This document shows, one piece after another, positions 1-10,642 of a DNA stretch of 33,799 nt. The notes beneath the pieces are model-generated. The model had not been told where the DNA came from. It saw only the letters and a list, made by a program, of their open reading frames with translations, and did not search any database. A program made the position numbers and the translations under genes. Position 1 is the stretch's first letter; the number at the start of each line of letters is the position of its first letter. Source of the DNA: Octopus bimaculoides. Lineage: Eukaryota. The stretch lies in assembly GCF_001194135.2 (NCBI RefSeq), contig NC_068990.1, positions 23,815,363 to 23,849,161 on the forward strand, written 5' to 3'.

Positions 1-3
1 GTG

Positions 4-39
<36 letters not shown>

Positions 40-100
40 GACACACACACACATATATATTTATATACATACATACATACATACATACATACATACGCAC
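1..100. repeat. Compound microsatellite (TA)n/(CA)n/(TACA)n
   Basis: Directly visible simple repeats; source of the spurious IYIY/HTHT ORF at 1..207. Confidence 0.95.
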
Positions 101-184
101 GTGTATCTAGTTGTATGTATATACCCATATACTTGGATGTGCGTAAGTTATGTTTAATAAAAAATATTTTATTTACCTTAGTTT

Positions 185-644
185 TAACATCATCTCCTTC
201 GAAATAGTCACCTTGTGCAGCAATACACCGGTCCCAGCGTTCTTGCCACTTTTAGAAGCCGACCTGAAAGTGGTTTTCCGTAAGCAAGTGGAGGACCTTC
301 TACGATTCGCCCTTGATCTCGACAACGGTGTTAAAACGACGACCTTTGAGCTGCATTTTCATCTTGGGGAAGTAATAGAATTCTGCACGTGTTAACTCTG
401 GCGAACAGGGCAGGTGCGGAAGTGATAGCACGTTGTTTTTGATGAGAAACCCAAGACCAATGAGAGCTTGGTGATAGGGTGCATTGTCGACGTGAAGAAT
501 CCAGACGTTAGGATTGCCTGCACGGGCCCATATGACAGACCAACAACATCAGCAATACCGTTGATTGTCTTCCCACGTTCCTCATGCACGAGCTGATAAA
601 TGTTCCTACATTTCGGGGTGATGCTCGTGGCAGTTCTTTCAGAT
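185..644 (-). mobile_element. Decayed, internally deleted mariner transposase relic
   Basis: Minus-strand translation gives an HTH part (PATS..IYQLVHEERGKTINGIADVVGLSYGPVQAILTS) joined near 501-505 to the C-terminal part: ILHVDNAP, FLIKNNVLSLPHLPCSPELTRAEFYYFPKMKMQLKGRRFNTV, KWQERWDRCIAAQGDYFEGD. These correspond to the mariner HDNAPxH, YSPDLAP and WxxCxxxxGxYFE motifs. Stops are present. Confidence 0.9.
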
Positions 645-1229
645 CAGTGCTTCTCAAACTATCGGATGTGACGTACCGGCAGTTTTTTTCCCAGTGTGCC
701 AGGAACCGGTAATATTTCTTAGTAATATTAATTTATACTGGGAGCAATATATATAATAAGAAATGATTTATTTCTAAATCTCACAGTGAGACTTAAGCAG
801 CAGTGTTACATTAAAGTAGTTGTATACTGTCAACTTAACATGACAGTCCCAATAAGGGAATCATACTACTGTTATTTAGCTCTAGGAAGCTGGACCGCTT
901 CCTGTCAGCCTTGACACATTTCCTGTGTCTTTATGTTTACGAGAGGGAGACAAGCACCTCCACCCAGCCAAGCACCAACCCACCCAGCCTATTATAATAA
1001 ATATAATAAAAGTTGATATTTTTAAAAATCTTATATTTATTTTGTAAACAAATAATACAATATTACATAAACTTTTTATAAGCATTTTATAATGTTTCTT
1101 TCTTTTCTGGAAACTCGCCACGTACCGGCAGCTGATGGCTCGTGGACCGGCAGCTGATGGTTCGTGGACCGGCAGCTGATGGTTCGTGGACCGGCACCGG
1201 TCCGCGAACCATCACTTTGAGTAGCACTG
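645..1229. mobile_element. Non-autonomous hAT (Charlie-like) MITE
   Basis: 16-bp imperfect TIRs: CAGTGCTTCTCAAACT (645-660) vs reverse complement of 1214-1229, CAGTGCTACTCAAAGT. Subterminal ACCGGCA motifs at both ends; no ORF; no 8-bp TSD visible. Confidence 0.8.
1124..1214. repeat. 22-bp tandem repeat x3 ending in an 18-bp hairpin (hAT subterminal region)
   Basis: ACCGGCAGCTGATGG(C/T)TCGTGG at 1124, 1146 and 1168. Segment 1177-1194 pairs with 1197-1214 (17/18, loop CA). Confidence 0.9.
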
Positions 1230-2237
1230 CTTTTTCGAATTAAATTTTTATTCGGAAACTGTGAGAAGCTTGACGGTTGGATAATCTACTCGTAACTTAA
1301 AAGGGCCGCCTTATTATATACTGACTGTATTTCGTTGTTTCTGCAGGAGTATTTCACGAAGGGTACACGTGTCTGGTGACTGGTTTCTCATTATACGTTC
1401 CTTCAATGTGTATTTAGTTCTGTTGAAGGAATCGTTCGAATATTCATCGCTGAAACCGACGAAGATCCATTGGCTGTATTTATACGTAGAGTAATGTGTA
1501 TACGACGTCATATACATGTATAACAATAAATCGATAGCTATGTACAAACATACATACGCATACATACACACATATGTTTATATACTCTGCCTCTCACACG
1601 TATACTTGTATGCACACGCACACATATATACATGCTTATATATATGTATGTTTATGTGTGAGTATATATATATATAAATATGTGTGTGTGTGTGTATGTA
1701 TATATATATGTATGCCCATGTGAGTGTAGATTTGTTTGCACCTGTGCTGATGCGGATGTGTGTACATTTCAAAGTCTATACCGCACATCAATGCTATCTT
1801 TCAGATAAAAACTCACCTGATATCTTCCATCATTATTATTTTAAGTTTTTCTTACATAAACAATTGTTTTTTTCTCTTCGAAAGTCAATGCACCACTTTT
1901 GCAGTAATTATTTCTGGGTCACTAGGGATTATTTTACTCTTCAATAATTAAGTTATTTTCGTTTTTAGATCATATTTCGAAAGAAGATATCAATGTTTAA
2001 TTCCATAGCTTAGAAGCCCACATTCTTCTACAAATATATAACCAATAACGGTCAGTAAGTACAGAGATGGAGGTCATATCCAACAACCTTTCTTACATTT
2101 TGCTGTAGTAGTTGTTATTGTTGTGTAGCCCTTGGACGGCCCGAATTGACTTGTCGTATATGCCATACGACAAGTAGGTAGTGTAATGTATGATGAGCTG
2201 TGATACATAAAATGATTTTCTTATAATGTATCTTCAT

Positions 2238-2533
2238 GTAAAACAAACCAACACCGACTGTCAAGTGATGGATGAAAAAAATCAAACACAAGTGGACAAA
2301 CACACACACACACGCACACACACATACACACACACGCACACACACATACACACACACGCACATACACACACACGCACACACACAAATACATTACGGGCTT
2401 CAATGCAGTTTCTATCTACCAAATTCATAACCCGAGGTTATAGTGCAAGACACACATCCGAGGTGCCGCGCAATGGGATTGAACCCGAAACAACTTGACT
2501 GCAAAGCGAGTTTCATAACCACACAGACACGCC
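2238..2533 (-). mobile_element. Old copy of SINE family A (tRNA head, CORE-like segment, internal microsatellite)
   Basis: Diverged match to the younger copies at 16396-16810 and 20766-21017 (ACGGGCTTC..CTACCAAAT..GCTATAGT..GAACCC..ACCACACAG); internal (CA)n expanded to about 95 bp. Confidence 0.8.
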
Positions 2534-2544
2534 ATCTCCTATGT

Positions 2545-3600
2545 TAGATGCAAATGTTTGTTAGTTTATTTATTTCCTTACTTGTTTGATATTTTATTTG
2601 ACTAGTTCGTGGTATTATTGGCGTATTATTGCAATCTACTTCGGGTTGTCTCTGTTTTTTTTTATGTGTCTGGATATTTTTGGTTTGTTCCTGGCATTGT
2701 ATTTTTTATGTTTCTATGTGGGATATAATTTCTTGGTGCTTCCATAAATATTTCCCCGACTGTATGTAGTACAGTGACTACGTTGGTGACAGACGTTGTC
2801 GAATTCTGAAAACTTCAGTTCTGTTTCATTATGGAACTCGTTCCATTGAATTTCTTTGAAGTTTATCAAAGTGGTCTTGTTTTCTTAATTATGGACGAAT
2901 GTGTTGTGATGCTAATTGATAGGTAGTTTGAGAAAAGTTGCAAAATTGTTTGTCTGATGGTTGTGGTAGATGTGTGCGAGCGCCAGCGCGTGTGTCGAAC
3001 AGAACGTGTTGTTTGGTGAGGTATGTGTCGTATGTACGTGTGAATTGTTTAGGATATAAAGAGAGTTTAGTCGTGACGCTATTATAGTACTTCTTTTGTT
3101 ATCTGTATTATTTGAAAACCAGGAACTCTCGGCCGCGTTCAAGTCTCCCTTCTGCATCGATAGTGTTTATGAGAATATTAAAATATTGTTGCCGATGTGC
3201 ATAGTATGATGGAATGGTTGGCGAGGTACGTAGTGAAGTTTATGTTTATTACATTAATGTGCTTTGTGCTGCTGGTTTTTATTTTGATAGCTTGCATATC
3301 TAATATAGTATCACATTCTATTCACTCATGCCATTTGTAACAGAGATATGTTATATGCTTACTTTTATGTATGTTATAAGCTTTTGTTAACGTGTCTGCC
3401 TAGTTTGGTCTGATTGTAATTTGGAACATTGTGTTTTCTCTGTTGAGGTAATAAAAACGTCTTCTGAATTATTACTACGTGGCTGTATGATGATAAAATC
3501 TTTGAGTTCAATAAAGATTTTAAAAAATATTGCGCAAGATTTTATATATGTTTTAATGTATTCTGTGCAGATTTGTTACTCTGAAAAGGGAGGTAATAGC
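2545..3600 (-). mobile_element. Decayed non-LTR retrotransposon, I/Jockey-group ORF2 5' part (APE endonuclease)
   Basis: Minus strand: LITYIKVSI, QAIKIKTSSTKHINVINI, GDLNAAESSWFSNNTDNKR..LYILN (GDxNA at 3134-3148), LPISISIT, TLINFKEIQWNEFHNETELKFS (NFKKADWxxF-type motif), EIFMEAPRNYIP. Many frameshifts and stops. Confidence 0.75.
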
Positions 3601-4430
3601 AATACTACCTATTTTTACCATTGTTAACTTTATTGATATTGCCAAATTTTCGTTTTTTTATGAGTATATGCAAATAGTTTTCGTTGGGATTCCTGTAAAT
3701 ATTTTGTGGACATTGTAAATCAAAGGTTATTTAGATCTCTCTACCTATAGCTTCAGTATTTTTGTAGTTTTCTGATGGCGTTTACACCTGTCAAGAAAAG
3801 TGATTCTGTATGTTGAAACTCGTCGTTCAAATGTAATTCAAACCATGACCGTCTCTTATTTCTTGATATTTTTTTGTTCAGTATTAGTTTACGGGGTGAC
3901 ATCACTGCTTAGCGCTTTCACACTGTATTTTATTTCCGGCGAACCGCCGAATATAGCGCAACCACTCACCGAACAATAACTGGAAAATGATAAGAGAGAT
4001 CTGTTGAGTACTGGAATCGATATAATCGACTTAACTGTCCCTTGGTATAGGTATAAAAACTGCATATCTCCGCTAAGCCATGTCGTACCAATGTGGCAGA
4101 GTAGGGTCATCAAACCAATATGATTCCAAGCTCAAAATCACGATCCCCCACATCAGACAGTGGTTGGTGGAGGGAATATTCAGAGGCCCTCGCCTTGCAG
4201 TAAACTTAACATAGGTAATCCAATCCAATCCAATCCAGATTATAAACTGAAAATATATGAGTCCTTTTTCACCGTCTCCTAGCTATTATCGATGAGTTCT
4301 GTTACATAAGAAGGCAAATCCTATCCAGCCGAGAGTGCGGTCTTATGTTTTCAGCTTTACGTATCGTCTACAACATCAAATACTCAAAATGCAAGCTAAC
4401 GGACATTATCGTTTCTCATATAGCCATTCT

Positions 4431-4660
4431 AGGGTGGTACATTGATAGAATCTGTAGAGTAGCAGCCAAACTGCCACTCAGTATTTAGTTACGTATATTT
4501 ACGATCAGAGTTGAAATTCTGCCGGAGTTGACTTTGTTGATCAGTCTTCTGGTATTGATAAAATAATCTATCCATCAAGCACTCGGATCGATTTCATCTA
4601 CTTTACCATCCACGACCCCACTAATATGTGACCTTGTACCAATACTAATCAATTATGTAG
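4431..4660 (+). mobile_element. Highly diverged SINE family B copy
   Basis: GAGTTGAAATTCTGCCGGAGTTGACTTTG..GATAAAATAA..GGATCGATTTCATCTACTT..GACCTTGTACC, collinear with the better copies at 26762 and 28749. Confidence 0.6.
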
Positions 4661-4699
4661 TACTTCTAGCAGTTGGTCACATCTGGGAACTATTATCAT

Positions 4700-4912
4700 A
4701 GCAGCACAGAATCGTAATTGCGTTGAACAAAACGCTTAGCAGCATTACTTCCGGCACTTTACCTTCCGAGTTCAATTTCCGCTGAGGTCGACTTCACCTT
4801 TCATCCTTCAGGGCCGATAAGATAAAATACCAGTCGAACAATGGGGTCAATGTAATTGACTTATCCGCACTTCTAAAATTTCTGGCCTTGTACCAACATC
4901 TGAAACAATTAT
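4700..4912 (+). mobile_element. SINE family B (tRNA-derived; central domain resembling the Meta-SINE domain)
   Basis: B-box-like GAGTTCAATTTCC, then GAGGTCGACTTCACCTTTCATCCTTC..GATAAGATAAAATACCAG..GGGGTCAATGTAATTGACTTATCC and tail GCCTTGTACCAACATCTGAAAC. The domain name is recalled, not verified. Confidence 0.8.
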
Positions 4913-5243
4913 GGTATTACTTTTGACTAGGAATTGTGTTTTACCGAGAGGGCACTGCTTGGTTGGAACGGGATAGAAAATACTGACATTTGCTGTCCAA
5001 AATCAGTCTTGCGTTATGTCGTTTCAAACAGATGTGCTTGCAGTTCTGAAGTTACTTCAGGAACTGTGTATAGACGCTTCTCAAAAATGGCGACTCTAAC
5101 AATGCAAATGCTCTCCAAGCACCAAGGTTGTCTCAGCTGAACTGACAGGCGAACAATTCAATTAGTTTCAACAAATTTTATCTGTCATTACAAGTTTATC
5201 ATCAACGTTTATTTCTTCATTAAATTGAACGAAGGGAGAAAAT

Positions 5244-5305
<62 letters not shown>

Positions 5306-5584
5306 GCGAAAGAAACAGAGAAAGTGAAGGAAAGGGAGAGAGATAGAAAGAGAGTGAGATAAAATTAGAGAGAAAAATAGAAAGTGAGAGAAATAGAAAG
5401 AGAGAGAGTGGGGAAGAGAGAAAGATAGAAAGTGGGAGTGATAGGAAGAGAGAGCGAGAGAAATAGAACGTGTGAGAGAAAGAGAAAGCGATAGAAAGGG
5501 AGAGATGTAGAAATTGAGAGAGATAGAAAGAGAGAGATACAGTAAGAAAGAGAGAGAGAGAGAGAGATAGTAATTAAGAGACAT

Positions 5585-5669
<85 letters not shown>

Positions 5670-5678
5670 CAGAGAGAG
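5244..5678 (+). repeat. (GA)n polypurine tract with degenerate GAGATAGAAA middle
   Basis: About 435 bp, overwhelmingly purine on the + strand; explains the LSLS ORFs. Confidence 0.95.
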
Positions 5679-6703
5679 TTTGTAATTTTAACGAAAAATC
5701 ATCAGCACACACGATCTTAGTTGTTTTGTTAATTACCTCTAAGCAATTTTCCTTATTTAAGACGCCATGGTTATGAAGTTTGAGCATTGAAGGGATTGCA
5801 TCCTGGCCTCCTCATTGGCTCATTTCACCAGTCGCGAGGTGACGAATGTTGGGCTGGCGTTGCATGGGAGAGAAGGCAACTGTAGCTGGCTCCGGATTCT
5901 AGGAGTGGGATTTTTCTTTCTTTCCTCGATACCAAACATCTGACTTCATGACCCGGTCAATGTAGATCCCTTTGATTCTCTACAAACATCGATAAGCCAC
6001 AAAAGATAAGCTCCTGTTGAATGCAAACGCAATCCTATATTTTAGAGATCGTCTTTTATAATCCGATGTCTGCATCTCATCCATTACACGTTGCCACGAA
6101 GAAAGGTCTCCAAACAGATTGAAAACAAAGAATGAAAAAATGCTAATGATTTTTTAGTTATTCACGTGGTAAATACCGTAAAAAGAGAAGCATATTTTTG
6201 GTAACTGCTAAAAGGAATAGATTACATTAATATCTATTTAAGAGAAGAATTTGTGTTGCTACGGTTGACTTGTCATGAAATTCGACACAACTAAGATTAA
6301 TGAATGATCAGAATCTTGCATGCGGAAATGTCTAATTTATTTGTAACGTGGTGCCACATTTATCATTTCATACCATTTCATTCTGAAAAACACGTTTGCT
6401 AGACGAAAAGACTGAGTGAATGAGTGAGAGGAAAAAAGAGAGAGAAAGAGGGTGAAAAGGAGAGTGGGTGAGCGAGAGAAGTACCCCTTGTAATTGGTGT
6501 TTAGTGTTTGAACTTCAAAGAAGAAAATCAATAATCGATAATTTGTCAGTTGTTTATAACTGGATTTCTTTGATCTGTTCTTTATTTTTCTCTCCGTGTT
6601 TCTCCCCCTCTTTTCGTAATGCATACCTACACACACAGACACATAAATACATACATACATACATCTATACATATATATATACATACACACGTGTATATAT
6701 ATA

Positions 6704-6749
<46 letters not shown>

Positions 6750-7961
6750 CATATATATACATATATATATATATACATATATATATACATATATATATAT
6801 ATACATATATATATANNNNNNNNNNNNNNNNNNNNNNNNNNNNNNNNNNNNNNNNNNNNNNNNNNNNNNNNNNNNNNNNNNNNNNNNNNNNNNNNNNNNN
6901 NNNNNNNNNNNNNNNNNNNNNNNNNNNNNNNNNNNNNNNNNNNNNNNNNNNNNNNNNNNNNNNNNNNNNNNNNNNNNNNNNNNNNNNNNNNNNNNNNNNN
7001 NNNNNNNNNNNNNNNNNNNNNNNNNNNNNNNNNNNNNNNNNNNNNNNNNNNNNNNNNNNNNNNNNNNNNNNNNNNNNNNNNNNNNNNNNNNNNNNNNNNN
7101 NNNNNNNNNNNNNNNNNNNNNNNNNNNNNNNNNNNNNNNNNNNNNNNNNNNNNNNNNNNNNNNNNNNNNNNNNNNNNNNNNNNNNNNNNNNNNNNNNNNN
7201 NNNNNNNNNNNNNNNNNNNNNNNNNNNNNNNNNNNNNNNNNNNNNNNNNNNNNNNNNNNNNNNNNNNNNNNNNNNNNNNNNNNNNNNNNNNNNNNNNNNN
7301 NNNNNNNNNNNNNNNNNNNNNNNNNNNNNNNNNNNNNNNNNNNNNNNNNNNNNNTATATATATATATATGTATGTGTGTATACACTATATTATTTTCACG
7401 TTCGCATTATATATATATATATATGAAATAAAAATGGCGGATATCACTGTCAAAGTATTTGAATTCATTAACTTAAAATGAAAGTGAAATTTCCAGATGA
7501 AATCTTTTCCTTCCCGAAAAATTATAAACGTTGTCGATTTTGTCTCGAATATTCTGCTTCTGTTTCGTCATATTCTTTTTAATTTACATTATTTTGTTTT
7601 GTAGTCTTTTGTTCATATTTTCCATTGCAGTATTTGATTTATATCAATAGTTTCAATATTAGTTAATAAGATAAACGCATTGATTATGCAGATTCAATAG
7701 TAGCGAGACTAACCAGAAACATATCTCTAACTCGTGGGTATTGTGAAATGCTAGCCTACTTATCGACTTATCAACATATGGTTCAATTCAAATTATGGAA
7801 CAGATTTCTGCACGCATTTTAAACTTGCTGACTTCTTTGAATATAACACATTATTTACTAAAGTGTCAAGGCTTGAATTTCAAAAAGAAATAAAAAATAT
7901 AAAACATGTTAGATTTAAGACGGTTTCAATATATGTCCCTAGTTTTAGCTAATAAAAATAT

Positions 7962-8086
7962 TGGCTGTGTGGTAAGTAGCTTGCTTACCAACCCCATGGT
8001 TCCGGGTTCAGTCCCACTGCGTGACACCTTGGGCAAGTGTCTTCTACTATAGCCTCGAGCCGACCAAAACCTTGTGAGTAGATTTG
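7962..8086 (+). mobile_element. SINE family A 5' half, cut by a gap
   Basis: TGGCTGTGTGGTAAG (A-box-like), GGTTCAGTCCC (B-box-like), CACCTTGGGCAAGTG (CORE-like), AGCCTCGAGCCGACCAAAACCTTGTGAG. Confidence 0.9.
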
Positions 8087-8150
8087 NNNNNNNNNNGACG
8101 TTGCGTTAGAACATACAAATACCGCAATTTTACCAAGAAAGAATATATAT

Positions 8151-8193
<43 letters not shown>

Positions 8194-8980
8194 CACACAC
8201 ACACACGCACGCACGCACACATATATATATCGGGAAAGAGGCAGGGACGTAGATGGTCGTTTCTTTTTTTAAATAAATACCTTAGAGACTGAGACTAACA
8301 ATATTTAACAGAAGCATCTTTAAATGACGAACTGACCGTCTGCCAGCAAATGGGAAACAATAATTGAAGTAGATGGTGAATATGCTCCGGAATAATCATT
8401 TAAAGATGTTTTTGTTACATGTTGTTATTGTTTTTGTTGAATAAGATTTGTTGAAAAAGAGTCGCAATAATTATGGACCAAACCAATAGAAATAAAATCT
8501 TTAATTTATTGTTTCAATGCGGTTGGGTGCTGGATGGTCTATTGCTCTTACTTACCTGGTTGGGGACCCTTGCTTTAGATACGTATAAAAATAAATGTAT
8601 GAACATATATATAAATAATATATATAAATATATACGTATATATAAACATACCTTATCTCATGTCTTTTCAACTTGTTTTTTTGCATGTTTTCATAGGTCA
8701 TCTATGAATGTTGTATGTGAATGTTATCTATTTTTATTGTCTGCCTGCTACTAATAATTAGGCCCCAAGGAGATGCAGTATCCCATATTTTATAATATGC
8801 ATGAATCAATCTGGATATTTAATCGAAATGTTCATAGGTCATTTTCATTATTATAATAAAGTATTTTCAATGGATCAGTTTTGAGCTCTCATCTAAATCG
8901 ATATAAATACAAAAACTCACTTGTGAGTATTTTGCTATGTTTGTTAAGAGATACAATATTGTTGCCTAATTTTTGGTATA

Positions 8981-9020
<40 letters not shown>

Positions 9021-9312
9021 CAGCAATAGTGAGATACTATCTTGCTTGGAAAGGTAACTGCACACAGAAAATATACGCTAATGAATTTTGTCTGATCCAT
9101 GCAAGCATAAAAAAGTGGACATTAAAACGATGTGAGACGTATCCAATTGTTAAATCTTTGATGAGTACTGATGTACCTTTCAGAAAAATCTATATGAAAA
9201 ATCCCATCGAAAAATCTGAAAGGTAGCTAAAATGCATGAAATGGAAAATATATTTTCTTGATAAAGCTATGATCGATTCTTCCGCTCCAGCAGATCATCA
9301 CTTCGGTTTTAA

Positions 9313-10110
9313 TTATCTGAAAAATTCTGCGTGTAACAAGGATATGTAATCTTTCGAAACATAGCTGAACAGTTTCATACAAAAGTGAAATTTGAGGATC
9401 ACACAAACTGTTTCCAACGTGAGTTTAAAGAACACATTTTCCTCTCCAAGAACTCCAGTAACCTCTTTGAATGGGCTGATAAAACGTAACAGACAGACAT
9501 GAATAGTATTGACAATGATTTCGAAGTTTCGGCCAGCTAAGCCACAGCCGGTCTGTAATTCATGTAAGACTATCTTGGCTTTATATAGTCTATGTTCAGT
9601 TAAACATTTTCTATGGTAAGCCAAGTTCTCTATGGTGGGTTTTGGTGATCAGATGGTATGGAAAATTTTTATTGATTAAATTTAGGGAAGTACGAATTGT
9701 TAGAATTTATTCATGCATGTAGAATTTTGTAATTGGGTGTGTATTTTTACGTGTGTCATCTTCAGGTTATAGGTGTTCAAAAAGAATGTGGTTAGGTTAT
9801 TGGACGGCAGATTTGGCTCTTCGTTCGGCCGTTAGTTTTGTTCAGATATTAATTGAACTGTTTTAGGAATATGAAGGTTAAATCTTAGAGACCATCCCAG
9901 TGATCTGATCTTTGTAATTTGGTGTTACTTGGTATGTCAGCGTTTAGGGGATAAATATTGAAAGGTTCACAAAAGAACGTAAGTATGTGATAAAGTGTAA
10001 TTTCCCGGCAGATTGGTATTGTTGATGGTTTTTCCCCTCTTCATATTGAAATGGTGTTTGTTTTCACTTAAGCATGTCACAGTGATATTAGTATGAAAAA
10101 TTTAATAATT
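9313..10110 (-). mobile_element. Very decayed Penelope-like element 3' end (RT thumb plus GIY-YIG)
   Basis: Only fragmentary motifs across frameshifts: FN(P)SYS*NSSINI (cf. WFNPPYSxNVKTNI), NSTCMNK (cf. SYSCMxN), KCLTEHRLYKAKI (cf. CLxxxIVYKAxV), QLCFERLHIL (cf. LCLxEKxxIL). Order and spacing fit a PLE. Confidence 0.4.
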
Positions 10111-10300
10111 AAATATTTTGATACTCTCGAGAATATATAGGTAGGCTTAAATATTGTTGATCAGCGTATTAGCTCGCTCAAACATCGAAATCACTGACAA
10201 TGCTATTCTTGTTAAAGAAAAATAAATATATCAAATGTATTTAATAAACATTCAATTTAATGTAAAACTCATTTTATTATAACATAAAAACAAACATATA

Positions 10301-10535
10301 CGTGAGGGTGCTGAAATATTCCTGGGTTTGAGTGAAAGAAAATACAGCAGAATCAGTTTAATTCTGATTTTATTCAACATACTCCCCTCTCAGATTCACA
10401 CACTTATTGCAGCAGTCCTTCAGCTTTTCTAAGCCCTGTAAAAGAACTCTGAAGGTTGGGTCACCACCAGACCTTTTGTAATACCCAAGAACTTTTCAAC
10501 ACCCTCAAAGCCAAGAACTTTTCAACACCCTTTCG

Positions 10536-10536
<1 letters not shown>
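10301..10536 (-). mobile_element. Mariner-derived MITE (~230 bp), copy 1
   Basis: Left TIR (TA)CGTGAGGGTGCTGAAATATTCCTGGGTTT; right TIR AAAGCCAAGAACTTTTCAACACCCTTTCGT. Retains the transposase C-terminus LQGLEKLKDCCNKCVNLRGEYVE* on the minus strand. Confidence 0.85.
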
Positions 10537-10591
<55 letters not shown>

Positions 10592-10642
10592 CCTGTCTGT
10601 CTGTCTGTCTGTCTGTCTGCCTGCCTGTCTGTCTGTCTGTCT
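10537..10642. repeat. Compound tetranucleotide microsatellite (CTAT)n-(CTGT)n-(CTGC)n
   Basis: Visible; starts exactly at the MITE end. Confidence 0.95.

Noticed and set aside
1124-1196. CRISPR-like direct repeats
   Set aside because: Contiguous 22-bp tandem units with no spacers, inside a hAT MITE, in a eukaryotic context.
1348-1420. Possible exon after a TTTCTGCAG acceptor (GVFHEGYTCL..)
   Set aside because: No good donor and no recognisable protein similarity.
1969-2054. Possible exon (TTTTTAG acceptor, GTAAGT donor)
   Set aside because: Stops in all three frames; no other support.
3440-3470. CTGTTGA..AAAACGTC hammerhead-like pattern
   Set aside because: The core is mismatched, there are no stems, and it lies antisense within the LINE relic.
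3640-3900. Possible PHD-finger remnant upstream of the LINE endonuclease
   Set aside because: Requires several assumed back-mutations; not supportable by eye.
5041-5066. 12-bp bulged palindrome CAGTTCTGAAGT-T-ACTTCAGGAACTG
   Set aside because: Short and imperfect, with no context suggesting function.
7962-8040. tRNA genes at SINE heads
   Set aside because: Only A/B-box-like motifs; no complete cloverleaf; they continue into SINE bodies.
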